Shown here: in pieces, positions 38,070-46,080 of the stretch
How positions within the stretch are numbered: the first letter of the stretch is position 1
Layout of the letters: each line of letters begins with the position of its first letter
Source: a virus
Reading direction: 5' to 3' (one strand)
Virus record (IMG/VR): IMGVR_UViG_3300045988_102159
Span: 1-64,000 of that record
DNA: 64,000 nucleotides
Notes under the pieces: model-generated
Seen by the model: only the letters and a program-made list of their open reading frames with translations
What the model was told of the DNA's origin: nothing
The model's database searches: none
Made by a program: the position numbers and the translations under genes

Positions 38070-38404
38070 GTTATATTGAAACTACAAATCTACAAGGTAA
38101 TATTAAAGCTGTAGAAAAAGTTATTCAATTTATTTATGACCATATTATGTATGCAGAACTAAATACTAAAAGCGATTATTGTCAAGTATGTGGGTACGAT
38201 GGTGAAATTGAATTAAAATATAATGAGGAACAACACAAACATTATTATCAATGCCCAAATTGTGGTAATAAAAATTTTGATAAAATGAATATTGCTCGCA
38301 GAGTTTGCGGTTATATTTCTACCAGCCTCCCAAACGAGGGCCGCTTAGGCGATATTGCAGATAGATATGTTCACATTGATGACCATGAGATTGGTGAAGA
38401 ATGA
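38063..38404 (+). CDS. nrdD: NrdD, exon 3 (glycyl-radical C-terminus)
   Basis: AISYIET...CQVCGYDG...CPNCGN...ARRVCGYIS: zinc ribbon plus the RVCGY glycyl-radical motif. The three exons sum to 730 codons plus stop. Confidence 0.85.
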   Translation, partial: AISYIETTNLQGNIKAVEKVIQFIYDHIMYAELNTKSDYCQVCGYDGEIELKYNEEQHKHYYQCPNCGNKNFDKMNIARRVCGYISTSLPNEGRLGDIADRYVHIDDHEIGEE

Positions 38405-38925
38405 GATATTTTCAAATAAGGTCAATGGACATTAGCAATGGCATAGGCATTGGCACTAGCGTCTTTCTATCTGGCTGTCATTTCCATTGCAAGAATTGCC
38501 ATAACCAAGAGTTATGGGATTTTAATAGTGGCAATGAATATACCAATGATGCTAAGAATAAAATCTTAAAGACTATCCAACCAAAATGGGTAGAAAGATT
38601 TTCAATTCTAGGTGGAGAACCATTAGAAACAATTAATTTAAAAGAGCTATTAGCTCTTATTGAAAATATCAAGGTATTACGACCTGATATTAAGATTTGG
38701 ATTTATACTGGATACACCTATGAACAGCTCCAAGAGAGAATCAAAAAGAATAAAGACGATTATTATCTAGAACCCATTTTGCGACTCGCTGATGTTCTAG
38801 TAGATGGCCCATTTATCCAAGAGAAGAAAGACTTAACGCTTGCTTTTAAAGGCAGCTCTAATCAACGAGTAATTGACCTTCAAAAGACACATGCGGCAAA
38901 TGATATTGTGCTTTTGGATATTTAA
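38401..38925 (+). CDS. nrdG: anaerobic RNR activating protein NrdG (radical SAM)
   Basis: CHFHCKNCHN (CxxxCxxC). ATGA overlap with the nrdD stop. Confidence 0.85.
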   Translation: MRYFQIRSMDISNGIGIGTSVFLSGCHFHCKNCHNQELWDFNSGNEYTNDAKNKILKTIQPKWVERFSILGGEPLETINLKELLALIENIKVLRPDIKIWIYTGYTYEQLQERIKKNKDDYYLEPILRLADVLVDGPFIQEKKDLTLAFKGSSNQRVIDLQKTHAANDIVLLDI

Positions 38926-38929
38926 GTAT

Positions 38930-38965
38930 GAGGGATAGATTTTATTCTATCCCTCATTTTTTTTT
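38930..38965 (+). terminator. intrinsic terminator
   Basis: gagggatag/ctatccctc stem followed by a 9-T run. Confidence 0.8.
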
Positions 38966-38966
38966 A

Positions 38967-38995
38967 TTGACTTTTACCTTTCAATCTGTTATAAT
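38967..38995 (+). promoter_or_regulatory. sigma70-like promoter
   Basis: TTGACT 38967-38972, 17-nt spacer, TATAAT 38990-38995. Confidence 0.6.
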
Positions 38996-39026
38996 ATAAT
39001 AGAACAAAGAAGAGAAAGGAAACAGC

Positions 39027-39398
39027 TTGGACACTACTATTAATAATTACGAAATTAACAAAAAAATGTATGCCAAGATTACGCCACCTTCACAAGATGA
39101 AGTAAATGCAATGTTCGTCAATGTAGGGGCATGGCTTTCAACGCATCATAAAAAACATTATTATATGCTACTTAATAATGAACTTCATTATTACACTACC
39201 TTTAATCTTAAAAACCCAAATTATGATAAGATGATTCAAGAACTCAAAGAATGCCTTGCGTTCCGTGGCCGCATTCTCGACATTGAATATCAGCACGCCG
39301 AAGATACTTATCAGATTTGGATTAAAGAATATAAAACCGATAATGTTTATATGTTTATGCTATTTGAAGCAGAAGATTTTGTAATTGAGGTGGAATAA
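39027..39398 (+). CDS. hypothetical protein
   Basis: 123-aa ORF with TTG start after RBS gaaagga. Confidence 0.45.
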   Translation: MDTTINNYEINKKMYAKITPPSQDEVNAMFVNVGAWLSTHHKKHYYMLLNNELHYYTTFNLKNPNYDKMIQELKECLAFRGRILDIEYQHAEDTYQIWIKEYKTDNVYMFMLFEAEDFVIEVE

Positions 39399-39646
39399 TG
39401 AATAAGCTAATCGTGGCGGCTTTTCCCGCATCAGCTATTAAGTTTATGGTACAAGGTGATACAGAGCAAGTTGATTCACAGAAGATGTGTTGGTTTCCTG
39501 AATTTGAGGAAAACTTCACTCCATACCTAGAGAAAGAATATGCTATCCAAGAAATTTATGTTCTTGGACCTAAGAGTTATATTCCAGAAGTAGTAAGTAA
39601 AATCAAGGGTCTTACGACTCTACCCGTTATTGAGGAAGGTATTTAA
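39398..39646 (+). CDS. hypothetical protein
   Basis: 82-aa ORF with TAATG overlap. Confidence 0.45.
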   Translation: MNKLIVAAFPASAIKFMVQGDTEQVDSQKMCWFPEFEENFTPYLEKEYAIQEIYVLGPKSYIPEVVSKIKGLTTLPVIEEGI

Positions 39647-39648
39647 TT

Positions 39649-39960
39649 ATGCGCCATTACGTTATCAAGAACACTGCCGAGTATCGTGTTGAGACGATTG
39701 AAGATGTAGTAGCTTTTCGTGAAGAACTACAGAAGCAGGCCGCACAGGATGGTTATTCTCTATCTGCATTTAGCTATTCCGAAAAGCTAGTTAAGGAAAA
39801 GGGAATTGTGGTAGATTCGTTCTATCAAGTTAAAGCTGTATTTACTGTAAATGATATTAAGGAGCCTACAATCCCTATCTTTGATGTAGAGTTACCTTAC
39901 GCGGCAGAGTCTATGCTTTCTACTAATGACGATGATAGTGAGGATGATATTTTTGAGTAA
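39649..39960 (+). CDS. hypothetical protein with acidic C-terminus
   Basis: 103-aa ORF ending NDDDSEDDIFE. Confidence 0.45.
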   Translation: MRHYVIKNTAEYRVETIEDVVAFREELQKQAAQDGYSLSAFSYSEKLVKEKGIVVDSFYQVKAVFTVNDIKEPTIPIFDVELPYAAESMLSTNDDDSEDDIFE

Positions 39961-40384
39961 TTCAGAAACTATTAAGATTCGTTATATTAATTCTCCTAAG
40001 CTAGAGCAGAATGAAAAAGGTGGTTGCATTGATTTATATAATGCAAATGAAATTACTTTAAAGAAAGGAGACTGGGGTTTTATTCATCTAGGCATTTCTA
40101 TGAAACTACCAGATGGATATGACGCTATTCTTCTGCCTAGGTCTTCAACCTTTAAGCGTTATGGTATTCTCTTAACGAACGGAGCTGGATATATCGACAA
40201 TAGTTTTAATGGGTCTGATGATGAATGGCTCGCTTGCGTATTAGCGACGCGAGATATTACAATTCCAAAAGGCGTTAGGTGCTTTCAATTCCGTTTACTT
40301 AAACAGCAGGCTGATATAACCTTTGAAGAAACAGATAGTTTGAATTTAAACAACAGAGGGTCGTATGGCAGCTCAGGGGTCTAA
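39926..40384 (+). CDS. dut: dUTPase (trimeric family)
   Basis: Motifs GCIDLYN, LLPRSS, NGAGYIDNSFNG and RGSYGSSG. TTG at 39953 after RBS gtgagga may be the true start. Confidence 0.75.
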   Translation: MTMIVRMIFLSNSETIKIRYINSPKLEQNEKGGCIDLYNANEITLKKGDWGFIHLGISMKLPDGYDAILLPRSSTFKRYGILLTNGAGYIDNSFNGSDDEWLACVLATRDITIPKGVRCFQFRLLKQQADITFEETDSLNLNNRGSYGSSGV

Positions 40385-41171
40385 TAAACGTTATAAATAT
40401 AACGACGGAGACGTAATAAACGGTTTCAAGTTAATACATCGTGGCCCAATGTCTAAAACTAAAAAGTCATGTATTAGCACTTTTGAATGTCCATTCTGCC
40501 ACAGAGAATTTCAAGCAGATTTGTATAATATTAGCGGCACAAAGTATCACTATAAATCTTGTGGATGCAAGAAAATAAATCCAGAAACCGGTTTGTCGGC
40601 CAACATAAAAGATTTAACCGGCAAACGTTTTGGTATGTTAACAGTTGATAAAATATCCGATAAACGAGTTCCGCATCCAAGTGGAGGCTATTACATTTAC
40701 TGGGATTGTACATGCGATTGCGGCAATAAAAAGACGGTTGCTGGAAATAAACTTGTATCAGGACGCGTCTTCACCTGTGGGAAACACAATTTATCAAAAG
40801 GCGAAATTAAAATAAAAAACATATTAGATAATTTAAATATAGAATATATTCATCAATATACAATAGACAATTGCAGAAATCCAAAAACAAATCATTTACT
40901 ATTTTTTGATTTTTATTTACCGCTATACGAAACTATCATTGAATTTGATGGAGAGCAACATTTTCATATTCCAAAAAATAAAAAATCAACATTTTTTACT
41001 CAAGAGGAAATTGATAATATTCAATATAGAGATATGATTAAAACAAAATATTGCGAGCAAAATGACTATGATTTAATTAGAATACCTTATATGAATTATG
41101 ATATTTTAGATGAAAATTATTTTACAAATAAACTTATTATCCATAAGGAAAGAGGAACATGGACAAGATAA
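40365..41171 (+). CDS. free-standing PD-(D/E)XK (DUF559/Vsr-like) putative homing endonuclease, paralog C
   Basis: FGMLTV...WDCTCDCGNKKTV. C-terminal LFFDFYLPLYETIIEFDGEQHF...LIRIPY. Confidence 0.6.
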   Translation: MAAQGSNKRYKYNDGDVINGFKLIHRGPMSKTKKSCISTFECPFCHREFQADLYNISGTKYHYKSCGCKKINPETGLSANIKDLTGKRFGMLTVDKISDKRVPHPSGGYYIYWDCTCDCGNKKTVAGNKLVSGRVFTCGKHNLSKGEIKIKNILDNLNIEYIHQYTIDNCRNPKTNHLLFFDFYLPLYETIIEFDGEQHFHIPKNKKSTFFTQEEIDNIQYRDMIKTKYCEQNDYDLIRIPYMNYDILDENYFTNKLIIHKERGTWTR

Positions 41172-42010
41172 TTGAATCTACTATTAAAAAGCTAGAGACA
41201 GTTGCCATTGACCCATATCCTACACTTAATCCTACTCTTGGTGTTATCCATCGAGCTGATAATGCAGCCGCAGGCTCGTATCTTAGCTCCATTAGGCGTA
41301 ATGCTGCGAAATATGGTTCGACTATAATCTCAGCTCAATGCGATACAATTCAAGATGCAAGTCTACAAATTCGCAGATGGTCACAAAACCCTAATATCAA
41401 CGGAATCATTCTTATCTCAGATTATGGCGAAGCGACTCAATCATTATATAATATGATTCCAATGCGACTTGATATTGATGGTCTTTCTAATAAATCTGCG
41501 GCACATCTATATGGCAGTAAAGACCCTATCGCATATCGTAAAGCTCCATGCACTGCCGTTGCATGTTTAAAGATTATCCAAACTCTATACGACAATAATC
41601 TCGCAGGTCTTAATGTCGCCGTTGTTGGTAGGTCTATGCGAGTTGGGCGACCTCTCGCAGAGCTATTATTGCAGCAAGACTGTACTGTAACACTTTATCA
41701 CAGTAAAAGTAAATTTATTTCAACAGAAGGAATGAATAATTTTAGCGATAAAGATGTATTTGTTTCTGCTATTGGACAACCAAAGCATTTTAATACCTCT
41801 AATCTTGATGCTTTCCGTTTAAATATCATTGATGTTGGCATAAATTATGACGAACAAGGACATATTTGCGGCGATGTCGATTATGATAGTGTTAAAGATT
41901 TAGCTGATTATATCACACCAGTTCCAAATGGCGTAGGTGCTGTTACAAATACTGTGCTGTTTGCTAAGCTATATGCAAACAAACTTGACTTCACAGGGAT
42001 TGATGCTTAA
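41159..42010 (+). CDS. folD: FolD-like methylene-THF dehydrogenase/methenyl-THF cyclohydrolase
   Basis: PCTAVACLKI...VAVVGRSMRVGRPLAELLL...TVTLYHSKS...IIDVGINY...GDVDY...ITPVPNGVGAVT parallels the FolD signature blocks. Confidence 0.7.
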   Translation: MDKIIESTIKKLETVAIDPYPTLNPTLGVIHRADNAAAGSYLSSIRRNAAKYGSTIISAQCDTIQDASLQIRRWSQNPNINGIILISDYGEATQSLYNMIPMRLDIDGLSNKSAAHLYGSKDPIAYRKAPCTAVACLKIIQTLYDNNLAGLNVAVVGRSMRVGRPLAELLLQQDCTVTLYHSKSKFISTEGMNNFSDKDVFVSAIGQPKHFNTSNLDAFRLNIIDVGINYDEQGHICGDVDYDSVKDLADYITPVPNGVGAVTNTVLFAKLYANKLDFTGIDA

Positions 42011-42504
42011 TGCGTCTCTTGGCACTCGACCAAGCTAGTCGAGTAACAGGCGTGGCAATTTTTGATGATGATAAATTAGTCAAATACGGCACTTTTGAAA
42101 TTAAGTCAAACCAAGAGCTAGGTAAAAGATTAACGCAGTTTCTTGAGAATCTAGATAAGCTATATGTGGCATATCACTTTGATGCTGTAGCCTATGAAGA
42201 TATTCAATTACAAATGGGTAATGTTGAAACGTATCGCCGTCTCGCATATATTCAGGCCATGATTCTCTTTTGGTGTGAGAAGCATGAAAAGAATCTATAT
42301 TGTCTTTCTCCATCACACTGGCGTAAGATTTTAAAAGATAAATATGGTATGTCATGGGGTAGAAAAAGAGCAGAACAAAAACAAACTGCAATTGATTTTA
42401 TCCAAGAGCACTACAAAAAAGAAGTAGATAGCGATACCGCAGATGCTATTTGTATTGGGTGTGCGGCCAATATTGAAATCAATAAAAATGAATCGGCTTT
42501 CTAA
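42010..42504 (+). CDS. RuvC-like Holliday junction resolvase
   Basis: LALDQASRVTGVAIF (catalytic D), AYEDIQ (E) and DTADAICIG (D). ATGA-type overlap with folD. Confidence 0.7.
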   Translation: MRLLALDQASRVTGVAIFDDDKLVKYGTFEIKSNQELGKRLTQFLENLDKLYVAYHFDAVAYEDIQLQMGNVETYRRLAYIQAMILFWCEKHEKNLYCLSPSHWRKILKDKYGMSWGRKRAEQKQTAIDFIQEHYKKEVDSDTADAICIGCAANIEINKNESAF

Positions 42505-42510
42505 AGCCAT

Positions 42511-42555
42511 AAAAAAAGAGGGGTATTCTCAATTAAGAGAATACCCCTTATTTTA
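42511..42555. terminator. bidirectional intrinsic terminator at the convergence of early and late modules
   Basis: ggggtattctc/gagaatacccc stem (42520-42547), flanked by an A7 run upstream and a T-rich run downstream. Confidence 0.8.
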
Positions 42556-42560
42556 TTTAA

Positions 42561-43607
42561 TTAAAAAGGATTAGCATCAGAAATACAAACCTGTAGACGG
42601 TCAAGAGCTTCACCATACATGCCAGCGAAATCATCGCCACCGTATGTAGAGCCATCATCGCATACAGAGTTTAGCCAACCTTCACGGTCAACTGTTTGTG
42701 AACGATAGTATACTTGCTTATATTCTTCACCCTTTGGTGTAATATAATACATGCGGACACCATCAATCGCATGGCCACCAATACCAGCGCAGCCGTTAAC
42801 GAGGTCATTTTTGTTGCCCTGAGATACGTAGTCTAACCAGCCGTCCTGCTGGGTATGAACCTGGTACTTTAGAGTACCACGGTCAGCCCAAGCGCACAGA
42901 TAATCGTGCTTGCCGCAAGGCACACCAGCAAAGCCGTTGGAATCAGAATTATTAAAGTTGGTTACTGTATCATTCCAGCCGCCATTGAGGTTGCGTAGAG
43001 CATAGTGAACATTAACTAGAGCTTTACCCTGCGGAGCCTTGTTAGTAGGAGCAGGCGCAGGAACAGGTTTATTTGTAGAAGGAGCAGGAGCCGCTTCGGT
43101 GCCGTTCTTCATTGCATCATACCAAGCCTGCGCTCGACTCATATATTCAGCGTTTTGACTACCAGCTAGTTCGCCAGGACACGCCGTAGACGAAAAATAG
43201 CGATGTGGGAAGACATTGACTAGCCATTGAGGACGACCAAGATTGTAATAGAGGCAAAGAGCAGCGACAAGATGCGCACCAGACTCTAAAGCAGCAGGGA
43301 AGACTGTCCAAGGATTGCTGTTGTTATTAGCGTGCTCAATAGAGATAGTATGTGTATTTGCATACCAGTTGCCGCAAGCCCAAGCAGTATCCCAATCATT
43401 GACCATCTGGCCGATTTTGCCATCAGCCTGAACCGCATAGTGGGCCGAAGTCTGTGAATGGCTCCATAGATTATAGCACTGGTCGATAGAAAGATTACCA
43501 GCCATATGATGAATGGTAATACCAGTAATATTAGCACCTTCACGACCTGCGGTATAGTCGCAAGGCAGAATCTTGGTTACATCAGCTTGAATGTTTTTCC
43601 AATCCAT
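42561..43607 (-). CDS. endolysin: N-acetylmuramoyl-L-alanine amidase with C-terminal ChW-like repeats
   Basis: Amidase_2/PGRP pattern ITIHHMAG...HYAV...ISIEHAN...HRYFSSTACPG. P/A-rich linker. Two repeats with conserved GW (DGWLDYV, EGWLNSV). Confidence 0.8.
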   Translation of the reverse strand: MDWKNIQADVTKILPCDYTAGREGANITGITIHHMAGNLSIDQCYNLWSHSQTSAHYAVQADGKIGQMVNDWDTAWACGNWYANTHTISIEHANNNSNPWTVFPAALESGAHLVAALCLYYNLGRPQWLVNVFPHRYFSSTACPGELAGSQNAEYMSRAQAWYDAMKNGTEAAPAPSTNKPVPAPAPTNKAPQGKALVNVHYALRNLNGGWNDTVTNFNNSDSNGFAGVPCGKHDYLCAWADRGTLKYQVHTQQDGWLDYVSQGNKNDLVNGCAGIGGHAIDGVRMYYITPKGEEYKQVYYRSQTVDREGWLNSVCDDGSTYGGDDFAGMYGEALDRLQVCISDANPF

Positions 43608-43627
43608 AATTTTCCTTTCTATTGGAA

Positions 43628-43653
43628 ATAAAAAAGGGAGCCGTTAGGCTCCC
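43628..43653 (-). terminator. hairpin plus T-run between holin and endolysin
   Basis: On the minus strand, gggagcc-taac-ggctccc is followed by tttttt. Confidence 0.55.
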
Positions 43654-43663
43654 TTGTGTAACA

Positions 43664-43954
43664 TTATTTAGATTCTTTATCGGAACCGTTGAGAAGATTT
43701 TTATAGGCTTCAAAAAGACCTGTACTTGCCAAACCACTACTTAATCCTGCAACTACAACATCAACAGTAATTGGAACACCTGTTGTGACGGCAGTAAAGA
43801 TTGTGGCGGCAACGCCAAGCACACCTACGATAAGAGGAATAAAACGGTTAATAGAATCATTTGGAATCAAGTTCTTAATAATGTAGCCGACCAAAAGACA
43901 TAGAATAACTACACTAGGAACAAGATAGGTAGAGATAGTTGATAAATCAAACAT
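43664..43954 (-). CDS. holin
   Basis: 96 aa with three hydrophobic segments, directly upstream of the endolysin. RBS aggag. Confidence 0.65.
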   Translation of the reverse strand: MFDLSTISTYLVPSVVILCLLVGYIIKNLIPNDSINRFIPLIVGVLGVAATIFTAVTTGVPITVDVVVAGLSSGLASTGLFEAYKNLLNGSDKESK

Positions 43955-43965
43955 TGTTAAATCTC

Positions 43966-44142
43966 CTATTCAGATTTATAATTCTTGAATTCCTCAAGAA
44001 TTTCATCAGCTTGAGCCTGAGATAGCTTAGGATAGCTAGCAAGAATATCATCAAGAGTTTCGCCACGGTCTAGACGAATCTTAACGGCTTTCTTAACGAT
44101 TTTAAAAGCGAGTGCGGAAACACCTTTAGTGGGACGTGCCAT
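43966..44142 (-). CDS. small helical protein, paralog 1 (not in the supplied ORF track)
   Basis: 58 aa: MARPTKGVSALAFKIVKKAVKIRLDRGETLDDILASYPKLSQAQADEILEEF... The start overlaps the upstream stop as TAATG. Confidence 0.55.
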   Translation of the reverse strand: MARPTKGVSALAFKIVKKAVKIRLDRGETLDDILASYPKLSQAQADEILEEFKNYKSE

Positions 44143-44297
44143 TATTCATCACTTCCTGATACAATCTCAGAAACAAGTTCATTAAGGTCATCAATGTCAG
44201 ATTCCATCTGGATAAAACGATTAACGACAAACTTCTTAACAGTGCCGATAATGGTAATTAGCAATGCACAAGCAATTACACCTAGAATAAAGTCCAT
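44142..44297 (-). CDS. small membrane protein with acidic tail (not in the supplied ORF track)
   Basis: 51 aa: MDFILGVIACALLITIIGTV... ending LVSEIVSGSDE. Confidence 0.5.
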   Translation of the reverse strand: MDFILGVIACALLITIIGTVKKFVVNRFIQMESDIDDLNELVSEIVSGSDE

Positions 44298-44299
44298 AA

Positions 44300-44461
44300 T
44301 TACTCACTTTCTTTTGGAGTATAGAATTCACGAAGTTCGGCAGTCTGCTCCGCAGACAGCTTAGGATAGCTGGCGAGAATGTCTTCCAGTTCTTCACCAC
44401 GCTCAAGACGGATTTGTACTGCACTTTTAACGATTTTAAAAGCCATTTTAGATACTGCCAT
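44300..44461 (-). CDS. small helical protein, paralog 2 (not in the supplied ORF track)
   Basis: 53 aa: MAVSKMAFKIVKSAVQIRLERGEELEDILASYPKLSAEQTAEL... The start overlaps the upstream stop as TAATG. Confidence 0.55.
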   Translation of the reverse strand: MAVSKMAFKIVKSAVQIRLERGEELEDILASYPKLSAEQTAELREFYTPKESE

Positions 44462-44982
44462 TATTCATCACTTCCTGCAACGATTTCAGATAACATGATA
44501 GTTAAGTCACCGATAGATGTAGTGTTGGATTCAAGCTGGTCAGGACCATTTTCCATAAAGGCAGCCTGCTTTGCCTGCTTTTCTTCCATTTCCTTACGTT
44601 CTTTAAGTTCGGCTTCGGTATATAGAACGTAACGCTGAATATCCTCATATTCATCATATGCGTCTTTATGTTCTACATGCTCTTGGTCAATTACAGACTT
44701 GATTTCCGCGCCATGATAGACATTACCTTCGCCTTGGTCTACGTATTCAAATACACCAGCTTGGTCATCAATGACTTTGACATGTGCATCCGTATTACCA
44801 TCAACAAACATCTGTGAACCATCTTCAAAAGCAAAACGGATTACTTCGTAATGCTTTTTCTCAGGAATTTCAGCTTGTTCCTCATGGTGTGCGACAAATT
44901 TCTTATCAGACTTTAGATAGCCCTTTGTGGTATCAACGTCAGATTCTTTAATCTCAACGTCTTCCTCGTTTAGAATTTTCAT
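44461..44982 (-). CDS. acidic protein, function unknown
   Basis: 173-aa ORF with C-terminus MLSEIVAGSDE, matching the tail of the 51-aa membrane protein. Confidence 0.55.
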   Translation of the reverse strand: MKILNEEDVEIKESDVDTTKGYLKSDKKFVAHHEEQAEIPEKKHYEVIRFAFEDGSQMFVDGNTDAHVKVIDDQAGVFEYVDQGEGNVYHGAEIKSVIDQEHVEHKDAYDEYEDIQRYVLYTEAELKERKEMEEKQAKQAAFMENGPDQLESNTTSIGDLTIMLSEIVAGSDE

Positions 44983-45009
44983 TTATACTCCTTTTATTTC
45001 CTAGGATTT

Positions 45010-45987
45010 TTATCCCTTATTGATATATACAGCCTTAATCGTAGCCCCTTCTGGAATATTAACATAACAAATAGGTTGTAAAGCAACTTTAATATGAGTT
45101 GCGGCACTCCAATCAGAAGCAATTGAATTGTCATAATTATATATCCTAGCACGAACATAACAATTATTATTGTTCTTCAAACCCATAATAAATGAATTTA
45201 GTGAAGGGTCAGATGAACTTACAGATATAACATTGCCAGATGCAACCTGGAATTCAGACCAAGAAGACCCTCCATCAGTGGAATATTGCCATTCTATTTT
45301 TTCAGAAGGATATAGCGTATCTGTTTTATCACATGTAAAATTAAAACTTCCAGCAGAAGGAAAAATGACGCCAACAGGATTAACAATCGTCGGAGCTATA
45401 GGTGCTGTATAAATTGTATTCGTGCTTTGATGCGTGGATTGACCAGCAGAGTTATATGAATTGACTCTAAACTCATATTTATGGTTGACAGAGACATCAT
45501 ATGTCGTACTGGTAGCTTTTGTATTTAAAATATTTTCCCAGTCTTCATCATCAACTCTTACGTCAACATGATTTCCTGTAGGAGTGCTTGTACCAGAACC
45601 ATTATTCGTCCAAGAGATAGTGACAGTTGAACCAGATAATACCGCCTTTTGATTAGTTACTACAGGAGGGACTACAACAGACGGAGGTGTTGCAGGAACG
45701 CTAACAGTTGTACTTGCAGAGCTATTGTCGAAATTGCTCCAACTTGGCCCACCGGCACTTACTGAATATGTACGCACACTTGTACTGTTTCCTACGTTAT
45801 ACGAGTGAGTCCAAGAAAAACTAGCACCATAAGGAATAGTACGGTACATATATTGTCGCGTACCGTTACATTCAGTCCAAAAGGTTTCAGTCACATTACT
45901 ATAAGTGTAGCCATTATTTGTAAATGTACCTGTTACATTTACAGTATTCTGATTTGCGCTAGCAGAAACAGAATATCTACTTCCCAT
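45010..45987 (-). CDS. fibronectin type III repeat structural protein (fibre or decoration)
   Basis: 325 aa. The segment TVTISWTNNG...YEFRVNSYNSAGQS is typical of FN3. Confidence 0.55.
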   Translation of the reverse strand: MGSRYSVSASANQNTVNVTGTFTNNGYTYSNVTETFWTECNGTRQYMYRTIPYGASFSWTHSYNVGNSTSVRTYSVSAGGPSWSNFDNSSASTTVSVPATPPSVVVPPVVTNQKAVLSGSTVTISWTNNGSGTSTPTGNHVDVRVDDEDWENILNTKATSTTYDVSVNHKYEFRVNSYNSAGQSTHQSTNTIYTAPIAPTIVNPVGVIFPSAGSFNFTCDKTDTLYPSEKIEWQYSTDGGSSWSEFQVASGNVISVSSSDPSLNSFIMGLKNNNNCYVRARIYNYDNSIASDWSAATHIKVALQPICYVNIPEGATIKAVYINKG

Positions 45988-46033
45988 TCAGTTCCTCCTT
46001 CCATTTTTTAAATCGTATTTTACTAATATACAT

Positions 46034-46068
46034 AAAAAATGGGCAGAACTATTTACATAATTCTGCCC
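46034..46068 (-). terminator. intrinsic terminator
   Basis: On the minus strand, a gggcagaa/ttctgccc stem followed by tttttt. Confidence 0.7.
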
Positions 46069-46080
46069 AAAAACTTTAAG

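Noticed and set aside
8225-38404. Inteins as the explanation for the split genes
   Set aside because: Each interruption begins with an in-frame stop within a few codons. Frames change between the parts. The inserts show guide-sequence pairing and end in G, as group I introns do.
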